DNA of 63,231 bases, the filler included, from Choristocarpus tenellus KU-1152 (taxonomy: Eukaryota > Protista > Phaeophyceae): assembly GCA_964200185.2 (NCBI GenBank). It is 9 parts of 9 records of this genome, joined end to end, with 100 filler letters (N's around TTAATTAATTAA, not from the genome) between each part and the next. Parts side by side here need not be neighbours in the genome. Positions count along the whole stretch, not along the records: positions 1 to 12,909 come from CAXNAD020001665.1; positions 13,010 to 19,457 come from CAXNAD020008122.1; 7 more parts are not named here. One strand, 5' to 3'. How positions within the stretch are numbered: the stretch's first letter is position 1; each line of letters begins with the position of its first letter. The translations under genes and the position numbers were made by a program. The notes under the pieces were generated by a model. That model had not been told where the DNA came from. It searched no databases and was given only the letters and a program-made list of their open reading frames with translations. This document shows, piece by piece, positions 1 through 13,339 of the stretch.

Positions 1-67
1 TCGTTTTGAGGTCGTTGGATTTTAGTTGTACATCCTGGAAGGTGAGCATTGAGGGGCGCCTGTAACA
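1..67 (+). mobile_element. End of TG..CA LTR-like repeat (family A), truncated by window edge
   Basis: Reverse complement of the TGTTACAGGCGCCCCTCAATGCTCACCTTCCAGGATGTACAAC sequence at 19205 and 57266; ends GGCGCCTGTAACA. Confidence 0.8.
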
Positions 68-2629
68 TAAGTACTACTTGTACCGCTCCTCTGTGTGACT
101 GTTTGGAGGGTTTTTTTGGTAGGGGTACAGGGGAGAAGCAGTGTAAGTGTACATCGAAATTGACGTGAATATGAAAGTGTTACTTTGGCCAAGGTGTGCA
201 GTAATAGTTCATGTATTCATTACTGCATAGTAGTAGTTACTAAAGTAGGTACTAGAATACACTGGTCAAGTGTGTGTAAGTGTTGGGGTACCTCTCTAAA
301 ATTTGCAAACTGTGTTTTATTGCACCCAAATAAAATACAATACCAAGTATACTTAGTATGCCATGTTGCTTCTTATCTCCCCTAGGACACATTATCTGCA
401 AAATGTCACTGGGTATAAAACATTGTATATATATCCTCGGGGGTCTCAGCACACAGGCATAGCAATTGCTGGATGTGGGGGCAACTCATGTAGTGGGTGG
501 TAGACTGGAGGTTTGAGGAGGAAGGGAGCAGTGAACGCACGGTTGTGGCAGTACTGTGTCCCTCACGGCGCAACTGTCATTTTCAAGACATCAAATGTAC
601 TTCAAGCACCAAGACAGTGGGCAAGTCAAGGCTTGACAGATTCGTGGGACTCTTCTCTTCTTTCTAGATTGCCTTCATAGTGCTAGTCGAGGAGTAGGTT
701 CAGCTGTGTGTGTCATCACATGTTTCTTCTTGTTTTAAGATTAAACACAATCTCTGGTCGAGGGGTTCCTAGTGCAGTGGTTTCTTCCTTTCAGATGTAC
801 CACAACTATGGTTGGTGTATTAGAAAGTATCTACGGCAAGCAGTACAAACACTGTTGTTTTGTTTGTTGAACTCTCTGCCTTTCGTGTTGCTTATTGTTA
901 TTCGAGTAACAGAATCTGCAAAACCTCGGTGGGGAAACCATAGAATAGCATACGCTATGTGATCTAACCACTTCTAGATATGTGCTACTTTGTACATACT
1001 CTGAACATTTATACTTCAGGTACTAAATATTTAGTTCAGTATCACAACTCTAACCCTAACTTTGTACAGTACTTGGTACCTTTCGCACAAGACTCTCTAC
1101 AAGTCTTATTGATATGTGTTCTGATTTGTTTTCTTGTTCACATGTGGTTCAGCTCCTTGTTTCAATTTGATCGTAGAGTTGCAAGTGGGGGCTACATTAT
1201 TGGACCTATGGGTCTCTAGGTCGCGTGCATTCGACTTCATAGTACTACTGGCTGATGCTTATGCCTACTAGAAACGGCAAGTACACCTGCTACCTCTGAC
1301 CACGTGTCCGAGAAGATGAGACCACTGTGTATTTGCTACGAAGCAATCGAGATATACCACAGGTAGGTAGACAAGGCCATCCCCCCTTTAGGACACCCCT
1401 CTGAAAGGTTGTCACTTTGAGTAGGGTGTGCAAGGTATTTTGGTATCAACTTTTGACATGGAATTCTACCCCTCTTTTGGGGCCATGCTGAAGGTATCTT
1501 TTAGTTGGTTGACCAAAATGTGGTCTGACACCCCCTCTTTTTGTGGGACCTAATGCAAGGCATTTCAATAAGTTGTCTGCAAATCTGATTCACTTAGACT
1601 TTTCAACAATTTACACCTGAATGTGCACTGACCCCAACACTCCCTCTATTGAATTTGAAAGGGTTACGCAAGAAACACTAGAAGAGGTGCATTAGTAGCT
1701 GGTTTTGATGTGACTCCACATATATACGACATTACCAACATATTATATAGTAAACGCTGCATTTGATACAAAAAGGAAGGAGATTGGAAAAATAGGCTTA
1801 TGCTACACTATGTAAATTTGTATTTTCAACCAAATTTCAACATTTAAGGCACCTACATACTCGCATCAATTCTAATACCACACCCTGTAGTTGGGAAGTT
1901 TTCATAAACACTGGAAAAACAGTCACCATCGCATCCCTGTCTCACTCATCGGCACACCTCCTCCAACCAAAAAACTCAAATGACTCCAGGGGTAACTGCT
2001 TGTAAAAGAAGCACAGGAATATAATACCTGCCCAGTATATCATAAATGGCTATGCTCGACAATGCTTAAATGTCCTGATATATATATTCAGTAGCATGTA
2101 GACAGTAGTTAAATTAATGGCCATTGGCCTCTTCGACAAATTGCCGTGTCCAAAGTATATGTTGTCATCGTCATGACTGCATGGACAACCCATCAAAAGT
2201 CCTGCCATCCCCTCGATGAACTCGTCTTCCTGCGTTTCACTGTTCTTACCCTTGTACACAGCGTGGCAAGTCCCCCCCAACAAGGTGCATTCGATAAGGC
2301 TTTCCCATAACAGCAGGTTGGTCGTACTACTACTGAACTGTTGGCCTGTGCGTGGGTTGGTAACTTTTTTTTTTAGTCTTCAAACGATCAGGGGATTTTT
2401 TTTTTTTGTAAATACATGAACAAAGAAATCTACTTCCGTACTATGTGGTTCCCCTGACCCCTTCAATCGATCAGATGGACTGTACTTGCACCAATTCCTA
2501 CAAGGTCTGAGACCTTCTCCACACCTTCTGTAAAAACTCCACAGCTACTTTATATTCATCTTGTCGTACTTGTAGTTGTGGCACAGACAAGTAAGAAGTG
2601 TAAAAAGTATTTTCTGTTCCCTCCATCAG

Positions 2630-2715
2630 AGACCGAACGACCGAAAAGTCGCATTCTCTCACGAATTTCGCAGGTTCGAATCCCATCGACACTGACCCTG
2701 CTTTGAGATCGACGT
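2630..2715 (+). mobile_element. Possible tRNA-derived SINE head / Pol III B-box remnant
   Basis: Perfect B-box GGTTCGAATCCC near 2673-2684; no convincing A-box and no cloverleaf. Confidence 0.3.
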
Positions 2716-2834
2716 TTTAATCAATATATTCCATACGTTTAGGGCAATGGATTCTTAACTTATAGAGGTCTCTTTTATCCTTTCACTCCTTTGGTTTTCT
2801 TTATGTAGTCCTTGTTGCCTTTCTCAAGAAGTGT

Positions 2835-2940
2835 GTCAAAGTATTTTTTTTGGGGGGGAGGTCTACAACAGGGTGTCCATTTGGACCATAACCAGGAAAA
2901 GAGCACTTACACTATCCATCCGACGTATGCAACCAAAGCG
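2835..2940 (-). mobile_element. Partial copy of ~180-bp MITE (family M1)
   Basis: AAAGTAT..GGGGGGGAGGTCTACAACAGGGTGTCCATTTGGAC is the reverse complement of the right half of the 3212-3389 element. Confidence 0.7.
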
Positions 2941-3211
2941 TGCAAAATTGGAGATGATGGACTGTCATGAATGAGGAGGATTATCAGTGCAAAGTTGACC
3001 AATTGGGTTCAAAAACATCTTGAAACTGTCAAAGCGGGTGTCTATTTGGGTACCTAGGACGAAGTACCCCATTGTTTGAGCGACTCGCTCATCCCTTCGT
3101 CGTCCATCTATCCCAATTCTTCGGCTTAGAAGTCTGTCCAGGGTCCAGACTCAAACATTACAATGAAGAACACCGTGGTGGCGTAATGCCTAGAGGTGAG
3201 AGGGCACGAGA

Positions 3212-3389
3212 GAGCCAATGTATCTGGTGGGGGTGGCTGCTGTCCATTTAGGACCAATTTGTTTATGTTGCGATTTTGGGTGATTTAGTTGCATGTGTCG
3301 GATGGACGATGTAAAGTGCACTTTTCCTGGTTTTGACCCAGATGGACACCCTGGTGTAGACCTCCCCTCCCCCACAGATACTTTGGGTC
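3212..3389. mobile_element. MITE family M1, full copy
   Basis: Imperfect TIRs GAGCCAATGTATCTG / CAGATACTTTGGGTC, flanked by AGA on both sides; internal sequence shared with copies at 5474, 9209 and 19840. Confidence 0.85.
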
Positions 3390-3699
3390 AGACTCAGATG
3401 CCTCAGGGGACAGGGGCGACCATAACGTAGGACTTTGGAATTTCCGAATCATCGTCTTCTGTCTTCTGAAGGAGTAAGACAGCCAGATCGCACGAGGTGA
3501 ATGCATGGACCTTCCACAACGTTGGGAGGTGCGATGTGGCCGCCGTACGAGTATCCTCAACATTTAGGATGCCCCATCAGTATACCGCACACTCTTCTGC
3601 AATTGGGCAGTGAAAACTGGGATTTCCCTTGCCTCGTTGTGGGATCTGTGCAAGCACAAGAAGGTCAAGAAGGTCAAGCGGTGGATTAAGACAGTCCTC

Positions 3700-4340
3700 T
3701 TAGACCAGCAGAAAGTCAACAGGGTGGGTTTCATCATCAGTCACACATGCAGGAGGGGGGGAAGTGGGGGTATTTTTGTATGATCTATATGACTGGGTGC
3801 ATGTGGACGAGAAGTGGTTTTGCATTTTTTTAGCCCACTGAGGACCCCCCAAACCCCACCGGCACAGAATAAAGTGTTACATTTAAAAGGTGATGTTCCG
3901 TGCAGCTATGGCCCATCCTAGGAAGCTCTCCAACGGGTGTGGTTTGATGGGAAAATCGGGATCTCGCCAATCATGGGCGCTAAGGTCGCTCAGTGCTCCA
4001 GCAAACACCGTCCCAAGGGCACCAAGGTGTTCGTGTCAGCCATGGTGGATGGGGAGAGGTACAAGAATTTCATTATTGAGGATGTCATCCTGGCAATCAA
4101 GGTCCACATGACTAGGCCGGAAGAACACAACATCTTTGTACAGCAGGATGGGGCAAAGTCACACACCAAGGAGGCGATCATGGAGGCCTTTGAGTAGGGG
4201 GCGGGGGACAACATTGTCATGTCCAGCAAGTTAACTCACCTGATCTAAACGTCAACGACCTGGGATTCTTTCATTCCATCCAACAACTGAAGGAGAACGT
4301 GAGGGTAATCAATGCAGAGGAGCTGGTGGAGGCCAAATTG
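3700..4340 (+). pseudogene. Tc1/mariner (plant-type DD39D-like) transposase remnant
   Basis: Motifs in order across frameshifts and stops: WVHVDEKWF (~3794), KVMFRAAMAHPR, WFDGKIGI, IFVQQDGAKSH, NSPDLNVNDLGFFHSIQQL. Confidence 0.85.
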
Positions 4341-4690
4341 TGATACAATGTGCCCCTCAAGCGATCTCCACATTACAAAATGCTCTACAAGTTTACTATA
4401 ATGGGAAATGCAGCTTCAATCCATAAGAATATATGTGGACCATGAACCTTGTACAAGGCTCCATAATGGAAATGTCGTCAAGTATGCTGGATCTCTCACT
4501 TCGATTATTCGCTTCATATGTATCATCACCATCATGTAATAAGGACTGGCAAAGATGCATCACCTCAATGGGGCATCAAAATGACTAAATATTAAATAAG
4601 TAGTCAAGAAGTACAAACACATAAAATCTAGGACTTTGAGATCATAATGGCGATTATGAAGTCACCATCGAGACAAATTGCCTATAAGCA
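4341..4690. mobile_element. Degenerate LTR-like repeat (family B) truncating the mariner remnant
   Basis: Starts TGATACAATGTGCCCCTCAAG; shares the GTCGTCAAGTATGCTGGATCTCTCACTT...CCATCGAGAC block with 4940-5239 and, inverted, with 15223-15527. Confidence 0.6.
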
Positions 4691-4939
4691 ATTGAGGTGT
4701 TCGATATGTGCAGTACCCCCAGGAGACACTAAAGCGCATCTGGCAGAACCTCTTCGCAGTCTACGGTGAAGTGTGGGGTCAAAGGGTGACGATGTCTTCA
4801 AAATTCCCCCCATCTTAGCAATAAAAAAGCTGAGAAGGCGGCCAAGCCCCCCCCCAGATGCCCCGATCGATACAGCGAAATACTGCGCTGAAATTGAGTT
4901 TTGTAGGACTCCGGGGGTAGAATCATAAATAGGTATAGG

Positions 4940-5239
4940 TGTTGCAGCATGCTCCAAAGCTTACCTCCGTGGGATGTATAGCTCCAGTTCACAAGCCTAC
5001 AGATGGCGCTGATGCACGGAAAGGACTCCTGATGAGCACGTCGTCAAGTATGCTGGATCTCTCACTTGGATTATTCCCTTCATAAGTAATAATATCATCA
5101 TATAAAAAGGAACTAGCAACGATGCACCACCTAGGGGCATGGTAATGACTAAATAGTAAATATACAGTATATTTAATCTAGGACTTCAAGGCCATAATGA
5201 CATTTATTAAACCGCCATCAAGACATATCATCTGTAACA
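4940..5239. mobile_element. LTR-like repeat (family B), TG..CA bounded
   Basis: TGTTGCA...CTGTAACA termini; colinear with the reverse complement of 15223-15527. Confidence 0.65.
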
Positions 5240-5473
5240 TAGACTGCTCCATTTTGCTTAAGGTTTTGGAGGGCAAATATACACCCATAAAATATGAACA
5301 TGTGAAAAACCTTGCTTCTTCATTGGGGCTACAAAGGTCATGTCACATTTAATTCCGAATGGAGGAAATAGGTATCTACGAACAACATCAGGGGCAAGTG
5401 TGCTGGTTATCGATAGATGATAGTTGATTGATTTGGGCACAGTGGTTCAATGCATGATGCAACAATGCTCAAT

Positions 5474-5651
5474 GGTTCGATTTATCTTGGGGAGGTGGTG
5501 GCTGTCCATTTGGGGTCAATTTTTTCTTGTCACGGTTTTTGAGTTATTTGGTTACACACTTCGAATGGATAATGTAAGTGCACTTTTCCTGGTATTGTCC
5601 CAAATGGACACCTTGGTTTAGATCGCTCCCCCCCCCCAGATACTTTGGGTT
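5474..5651. mobile_element. MITE family M1, degenerate copy
   Basis: GGTGGCTGTCCATTTGGGGTCAATTTTTT...GGACACC...CCCCAGATACTTTGGGT. Confidence 0.8.
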
Positions 5652-6049
5652 ATTTTTTTGGTAGGCATTGTGATGGAGAAAAATCAATGCATGCAACAAA
5701 ACGAAATTGAAACTATATCAGACAAAAGCTTACATATAATTAAAATATATATATATTAATGAACAACACAAGAGATGAAACTTTGTACGTTGAATCATAA
5801 CTGCCCAAGTACATACAATAAACGGAAGAAGTGCAACAAACAAACAATACAAGAGAAGATAATAAGGCAGTCCCAGTGGTCAAATACCCCCGAGATAAGC
5901 TAGACATTTATCAGCTCCAGTATCAAGGATGACCGCAATTTTTTCGAGGGGGGAATTTACATTCGCACCTACTCATCAGAAAAATCATACGGCCAATACA
6001 AAGATATTATCACCAGTACCAAGGAGGGTATCCTAGGCCAGACCTCATA

Positions 6050-9000
6050 CCCAACACAAAGCTTTGCAGGTAGCATCACACAGCTTTGGTGACTACCGCT
6101 ACTCTTGAGTGGCAAATTGCAGCCGCATCAGCCTCCTTAGTATGCCAGGTGTCCATGAGGTGCGTGGCTCCATCCTCCGTAAAAGTACTGCATTGGTTTG
6201 GATCATCTGCAAGCAAATCTTACTTTTCAGCTGGGATATCAAAATCCTCGAGGTTATTTTGGAGGAACCATCACCAGTTTTTATCTTGTTCTCACCCCCC
6301 CCCCCTGGGTTTCCTCACTTGCAAGTTCCCCAAATCATCATGTTATTGGGCAAGGGATTATTGTTCTTGTGCACCACGAAATATGCAGACAGCACCTTCT
6401 GTTATTTTTTAATCACAACAAGGCTCTCCCACCCAGCTCTCGCTGGTATTTCCCTGCGTATCAGGGGGTGATCTGTTTTCATGTTTTCATTTTACAGAGC
6501 CTGATGCAGCGCTGTAGGAGTATGCAGTACTGGACATGAAGCCGGGCATAGTGGTCTGTCCTGATTGTCCGCATATACAGCCACACAGCAGAACCTTGGG
6601 ACTTGAGCATTAAAATTTTCAGATCAAGTGATATATCAACTGCTTGGTTGCATAGTTCTCTACTGTACCTCATGAAGCACTCCCATGCTGGATATATCCA
6701 GAGATGGACGTCCATGGAGATATCACTACCATCACTGACTGTGTATTGAAGATAAACAAATGTGTCAATCTGTTAGTACCTTTGGGTCGTAGTATTGTAG
6801 TGGGATGTTGTATCCCCTTTTGAGTACAGGAGCATTTATTAATTGTTCTGAAATGTTCTGCCTGACACTCCTCTTATTACGCCTGAAATGAAGCTACACC
6901 TCCCACCAGAAAGTTGTGGCTGCAGAGAAGAGGATATAAAATTATTTTGTCCATGCAAGGTCCAAATCGCCCTCCAGAGTGCTGTGAGCATACCAGAAGG
7001 GATTCACAGAGGCTGCACATGCTTAACGGCACCCCCAAGCAGGACATATGGCTTTTGCCCTGCAGCCTCTATATATATTTCCCCTCCTGGCTCAGTGGGG
7101 ACAGAGAAAATCATGGTCTCTGTCTCCTTCTCCAACGACGTCAGTCCAAATGCTTTGCATGGCCGTGATGATTCCCATCATCTCCCTGTAGGGCTCTTGT
7201 GTCCTTGACATAATGCTTGACCATTGGCATGAAGCATGCACCACAGTGGGAGCTCACAAGACATTCCCTTGATTCCTCATCCCTAGTGGCCTAGTATTTG
7301 TAGTCAGCTGTCCTGATGTTTACATAGTCTTCTTCGGGAACACCACCTTTGATGCTGAGTCCTTCAACCATTGAGGTAAGCACTGTAGTAAAATGAGGTT
7401 GAAAAATAACGGAGCAAGGGCGCACCTTCAGCAAAGGCCTTGTTCAACACTAAACCATTCCAAATAGGTGCTCTCCGTCATATGTCTGGATGAAAAGTTC
7501 ACATTCTGTTGCGTAACTGAAGAATGATTGAAATCATCTTGGTAGGCATGCCAGACTTGGTCAGTGCTGTCTAAAGAAGATTTCAGCCGACAGAGGGAGT
7601 CATATGCAGGTCGAACAAAGTAGATGTAGATTGGGGTTCTTTTTACGCGTCCAAGCTCTTGCAAGACATACCCCATAAACATTGCATCAATGTTTGATCG
7701 CTGAAGTCAAAGTCCCCATTGCTCCTCAGACAGTATACCCTCCTGCTCAATATGTATTTGCAGGAACTGTGCAACAACTTTGAGGGAAACCTTTTCAGCA
7801 CGTGTCACCAGCAAAACATCTTTGTAGTTGCCACATTCAGCAGTATCTTTCTTGTTGTGATGAGTTCGACTATAACATCTTTCCATCTCTAAGGTATTCC
7901 TCTGGTCGTCACACAGCAAGTACTCAGAAAATAATGTGATAGGAAACTTGCACGATAAAGGGGTCCTCATCATCTCCCAGCTATCTAGCCCTATGGTCTT
8001 CCTGTTTGCCAAAAGCATGTATGGCGCTCTTTCCTCTCCTGTCGCTGGTTCATCAGTGAGTGGCATATAAGGGGGAAATAGGTCAAAGGATGGTAGTGAG
8101 GTTGAGCTCAACTTGACATTCATTAAGGCCTAGAAATTTCTCATCCATCGCTCAAGAATAGGTCCTGGTTCTCTCAGCAACTTGGTCGTCTTGTTTTGAA
8201 TGATTTTTCGAGTAGCTCTGTCCACATTGAAGTTTTCATACATTGGTAACTACCACTCTGGCCCCCTTGCTGAATTGTTGTCCAATATCCTTAGTATAAG
8301 CAAAAAAAAGTACTGTATGGCAGAGGGCCCTTCCTACTTCAGCAATGTGTCAATCACCATCATTGCCTTTTGAGAATGCTGCTATGTGGGTCGGCACATA
8401 GCTCCATCCAAACTTCCTCCCTTCCTTGCCAAGCCTACAAAATCCTTGCTCGAACCTTAGCGCTGGCACACGATCCTTGAGAGACAGCCTTCCACGCTGG
8501 GGGTAGTATTAGTTCCGCCGCGGTCGCTTAACATGCAGGCGGTGTACATGGATGCCATGGTGTCGACATCCTTGCTCTTCACTGCTTGAAGGTCAATTAC
8601 ATTATTGGCGATCGCATTCGACAGTGGAGTCCTCAAGTCTTGGTCGGACATCAGAGTTTGTTCATAAAATAAGATCGATCTCTTGCCCACTAATTCTTTC
8701 GATTGGGTGAATATCGACCAAGAAGTTGGACATATATATATACACACACATACGTGTGTACGTGTATATGATACAACTTGATGATCCGATTCCATTCCAG
8801 GACAGAATGTACGACAACGTTACAACTGTCTCCATTCAAAGTGTGACGGTTGGAGCTTATTCCACGATGTATGTGGTCGCAGTCGAACGACCTTTTCAGG
8901 GGATCCTAACTTTCACCAGTCGGTTGCTGATGCACTCCTGTTTACAATCTTCTTTTTGTGCAAATGACTGCTCCACTACTGTAAGTCCGACGCAATGCCT

Positions 9001-9200
9001 TCCTTCTCCATCATAGTCCCCGATGGCGAGTACAAAATACCCAGCAGCTACAAGGGAAGATTATCAGTCCCACTTGTCTCCTCAAGGTCAAGTATATCGC
9101 ATCCATTGGAATGGTAGTGCATCCTCATGTTTCCATCACGTTCACAACGTTCATTGCCATCATGCCAACATTCCTAGTATATAGTGTTACCTTCTTAAAC
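6050..9200 (-). pseudogene. Degenerate RTE-clade non-LTR retrotransposon (AP endonuclease + reverse transcriptase)
   Basis: Minus-strand remnants in RTE order: ISNRLVKVRIP/TYIVE*APT (APE); HNKKDTAECGNYKDVLLV..EGILSEEQWG; MFMGYVLQELGRVKRTPIYIYFV; WFSVEQGL(C*R)CALAPLFFN (RT QG..L.P.LFN motif); SLDLKILMLK..LY..HYARL..LLQRCI. Many stops and frameshifts. Confidence 0.85.
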
Positions 9201-9208
9201 GAAATTTT

Positions 9209-9388
9209 GTCTCAAAGTATCTGGGGAGGGGTGGCGACTGTCTATTCGGGGCCTATTTTTCCATGTCTTGGTTTTTGGGTGATTTGGTTGCATGCATTGG
9301 GTGGAAAATGTAAGCCCACTTCTCCTGGTCAGGACCCGAAAGGACACCCTGGTGTAGACCCTCTCCCCCCCCCCAGATACTTTGAGCC
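9209..9388. mobile_element. MITE family M1, full copy at or in the 5' region of the RTE LINE
   Basis: TIRs GTCTCAAAGTATCTGGG / CCCAGATACTTTGAGCC; TTT on both flanks. Confidence 0.85.
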
Positions 9389-10257
9389 TTTCGTCTATGC
9401 AGCTGCATGTTTCTCACGCTTCATCCTCTGCACCACACGACATTCGGGACTTTGTCTCATCCTCGGTTGAGGTTTCTCTGATCCCTTCCCCGGTCTCGAT
9501 ACACAGACTCTTTGCCTAAGTTTGTTGTTGTGCGGTGAGTTCAGCCATCTCACAACCTTTCAACTCCCCGTCTACCTTCGAATCTGGTGCGACCTCGTCT
9601 AGCGGTGTTGCTTCCTAAGGAATCTATATCTGCCACCTTCCCGCCTTTAGTTCAGGGTCCGACGGTTAATGTATTATGGTCTACCCTCCCAACGCCAAAA
9701 CTCATCAAGACCAAAGCGTTTATTACATTTGAAAAGATACAAAAACCACAGTCTAGGGTTAGGGCTGATGTTAAGATAGGAGTGTTGTTGGCCTCTCACA
9801 GGTTGCCAGAAGTACCACTTCTCTTTTTTCGGACTTTCCAGAATCAGGATCGCCTACAACGTAGAATTCCAGACAAGAATTTTACGTAAATGGTGAGGAG
9901 ATAAACGAATATGACCCATTAAGTTGGTTGGGAAAAGGAGATCGAGTAAGAAATTTGTCAGGGCTTGTGAAGAATCCCTTGGCGGGTGATGGCAGAGTAA
10001 ATGGTCCAACCTACAGGGGCAGCTCCTCTTGATTCCCCACCTCAGTCCGTCAAATAGCCTAAAAAAAATAAGCATTGGGAAATGGTTGTGCAGTGTGGGT
10101 TTTGTAAGCCTTAATGCTTGGCGTCAGGTGTTGTGTACACCCATCAACAAATGCAACCTCCAATCTTTTCTGTCTGTACTCAGGTTTTGGTCGGATCTAG
10201 GACCTAGGTTTATCTGGTAGGCGTGACATCGCGCCACCCAAGCTGCCTTGCTTCCAG

Positions 10258-12187
10258 ATGGTTGACATCGGTGAAGCAGAGGGAACAGGTCGAGGCGGCG
10301 GCAATGGTAAGAAGCGCCCTCTATCAGACATAGAAGTCAGCCAGACTCCTCAAAGAGGCTCCAAGCGCAGAAGTTTTCTTGGAAGAGTAACGGGTCTTGT
10401 CGGCAGTCTCGCAGGATATCTCACTCCAGGTGGTACAGCTGTGAAAAATGACGATGACTCACCACAGCTTGATCAAGACCCGACCAGAGAACCCCCCACC
10501 CCCAGGGTGGGTGATAATATAGATGGTGCCACGGATGTGCAAGACACTGCTCGCACGGTGCCTGACGAAGCCGCCAACTTGGCGTTAGGAGGCAAATCTG
10601 ATATTGGCGTTCACCTCGATCCTGATGGGCCCGTTGCAAATTTGGGGATTAGGACGGACTCGCCCTCCAATGCACGTTCAACAAGAACAAGAATGATGGG
10701 TTCTTCGTCTGTGCCGTCTGTATCTGTTGATAATGGTGTCGAGAATTCTAGTTTAGGTCTTCAAGCCAACCCAATATCGCCGGTTCCATTCCGTGACTTT
10801 CGCGGAGGGTCTTCCACACCGGTTTTCGCGAGGGGAATTAGACCTCGTAGCCCCAAGTTACCCACAGGGTCTAATCGGTCCTTGTTTGCCCGTAATAGAG
10901 GCGGCTTGCGAGCTCCCGTTACCCCATATTCTAGGCGTGGTAGGATGTCTAATAGTAAGGGTTCACTTGGATCAAAGGAAGCTGACACTTCAGAAGGAGA
11001 GCTGATGGACTCGGGAAGGTTTGAGGTCAAGGGCTGCTTAAAGTTCTCTGATGGGGAGCTGGCTGGTTTATTTTCTGAGGCGTTTAATCGCCGCGGCTGC
11101 CCACAAGAGGCTTTTCCTCACCTCCTGGCGAGGATTCCTGCCTCCTGCCAAGCTTTAGCTGTAGAGCTTGTAAACCAGGACCGAGGAAGTGAGATACTGA
11201 GTGCAAGGTCGGGTGCTGAAGGTGGTTTGGCGTCTCCATATGGTGCCTGGCCTTCACCTAAGGCAACACTGAGCTCTTCTGGAACACATACAAGGGTGGA
11301 AAGTGTGGACCCTCTTGGCTGGGGGAGAGGAAACAGGAACACTGGGCGCTGCATCGGTCGGCGAACAAACTTGCTAGGTGACCCAGGGCGTAGGGGGGAT
11401 ACAGAGGACATGTGCAGGTACACCCCTTCTCGGCGTAGGTTGTCTGAGATGCGGCCGGGTGACAGGTGAGGACTGCAGCACTGGGCGTGGATTATGTGCA
11501 CTATTGGTGTCTTTTCAAAAGTTATAGGCTGTGAGCCATCCCTTGTGTATTTGTGATCAATCACTAGAGCAGCAGGACTTGCTGCCATTACATCACTACC
11601 TTCCATCTATACTGTGCTTTTTTTCAATTGTGTTGGATCTATCCACAGCTTTCCATATCATTGCAAGGGCGGTGAAGGCAGAGTAAGTGCATTTATACAC
11701 AAATAGCAATTGTCCCTACTGCATTCCCTGACCTTGAATCATATATCTGTGTGTTGTGGTGATGTGTTGATGTGACAGTCTGGGGCTTGATGGAGGATCC
11801 CGAACACCAAACCACCGCTGGCCTTCGCCCTCCAGTCGTGGTTCTCCCCTTACCCCTTCTTCTGGTGCAGACTGGTGGGGAAGGCGGGCTGCAGGGTCAG
11901 GTAGCACTCCTGGTCCTGGTCGGGCACTGGGAGGCAGTAGCTACAGAGTGAGGGGGCAGGAGGATGAGCGACCATGGAAGCGCAGTACTGTGGCGAGGGT
12001 GGATGTGAGTGATACATCCGGTCTAGTTGCTCACCGTAATGGGATTGGAGGACCTACGTTCTACACTGAGCCTGGCACAAATCACCAGTCACAATCCTTG
12101 GGGGGGGAAAAGGGTGGTTTGAGTCATGCTGAGGTGACCCGCAGGATAATCAGCACGCTCTACGATGTTAGCTCGCCACCAACTCAG
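10258..12187 (+). CDS. Probable nuclear-basket nucleoporin Nup153/Nup1-like, 5' part (exons 10258-11465, 11779-12187; continues toward contig end)
   Basis: 403-aa ORF ends at AG|GTGAG and joins in phase at TGACAG|T to an open exon. Basic NLS-like KKRP/KRR, amphipathic SFLGRVTGLVGSLAGYL, S/P/R-rich disorder, and EVTRRIISTLYDVSSP, which resembles the Nup153 TARRILQSLEKMSSP motif. Confidence 0.6.
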
Positions 12188-12909
12188 GTCCAGTAGACTT
12201 GAGAGTGCAATTGGGGAATTAAGTTTCACTTCTGGAGATCTGATTTGCTACTTGGCTTTGATTTTTGGTTGTGACTGATTTGGGGTTGGGACAAGGTGGT
12301 TCACTCTTTTTTTTTGGTTATTTTGAGGCTGATAAACCACTTCCAATTGCTTGGTCTTACTTGACTTGATGAGAATTAAAATGTACCATGTAGATGAAAA
12401 TTGATTTGTCTGTGCGGAGAGGACAAGGGATACATTTTTCTTGTCTTTCGATGAAACAACTGGCTTATGGCGGCAAGACTGGCTATTGACTCCTGTTGCG
12501 TACAATCAGTATACCTCATTTGGTACATGCTATGCCATATGCCGGAATAGACCTTTACAGGGTTGCTGTGACTGTTTTCGTTGAATAATTGTGGGATATG
12601 GACATGAGCTTCGAACAAGCTTCTGTTTTATGCCAAGAGAGATAAATGGGTTGTCTTGAGAATGCTACAGGGATCAGGAATGTCAATCGATTTGCTTCTT
12701 CTAGAAGCCCTTCTGACCGTGCTTTACAAACCCCACTCCCTGTGCATTTTGCAGCAACTAGTAGTTCTTGATGCTGGACATCTCTCTTCCTGCTGTGTTC
12801 CCTTTTGCAACACACAGTTCCCCCCCCCCCCCTACTCTTTTCTCTTCTACTATTCACTGTCCTTGAACTGTCTGTTTTGTTTTCAGTCCCCGGCCTTGGC
12901 GGCCCTTCA

Positions 12910-13009
12910 NNNNNNNNNNNNNNNNNNNNNNNNNNNNNNNNNNNNNNNNNNNNTTAATTAATTAANNNNNNNNNNNNNNNNNNNNNNNNNNNNNNNNNNN
13001 NNNNNNNNN
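12910..13009. other. Artificial contig spacer N44-TTAATTAATTAA-N44
   Basis: Six-frame stop linker; identical spacers at 19458-19557, 25375-25474, 33210-33309, 37228-37327, 45522-45621, 51767-51866 and 57518-57617. Confidence 0.98.
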
Positions 13010-13339
13010 TATACACCTTTTCCCTACTCGACGTTCTTCCCTTTTGGTGGGGGGGGGGGGGTCGAGCGTCCGTTTTGTGCCTTTTTTTCAAAAAGACAAT
13101 TTTTGGATGATTTGCTTGCATGTGCCGGATTTTCAATGTTTTCAAAAAAGGTGGTTATGGTCTGTTGCTGTTGCGTTGTCGTGGACAGCGCTAAAAATAT
13201 TCCATTCTTTTATTTTGGGTTTGTTTTTTGTCCAAAGTTGGGTTTATGGTTTTAACAACGCCAAAAACACATAATGTGTTTGTTTTGGGTTTGTGTTCAG
13301 ATTTGGGTTGCTGATGAACAGCGCAAAATGTATATATAT

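Noticed and set aside
2630-2715. tRNA gene suggested by GGTTCGAATCCC
   Set aside because: No acceptor, D or anticodon stems can be formed; at most a SINE-like remnant.
6050-8800. Endogenous giant-virus or RNA-virus gene (long intronless decayed frame)
   Set aside because: The motifs match an RTE LINE endonuclease/RT instead.
12910-13009. Recurrent TTAATTAATTAA palindrome flanked by Ns (8 copies)
   Set aside because: Artificial six-frame-stop contig linker; any gene neighbourhood across these joins is meaningless.
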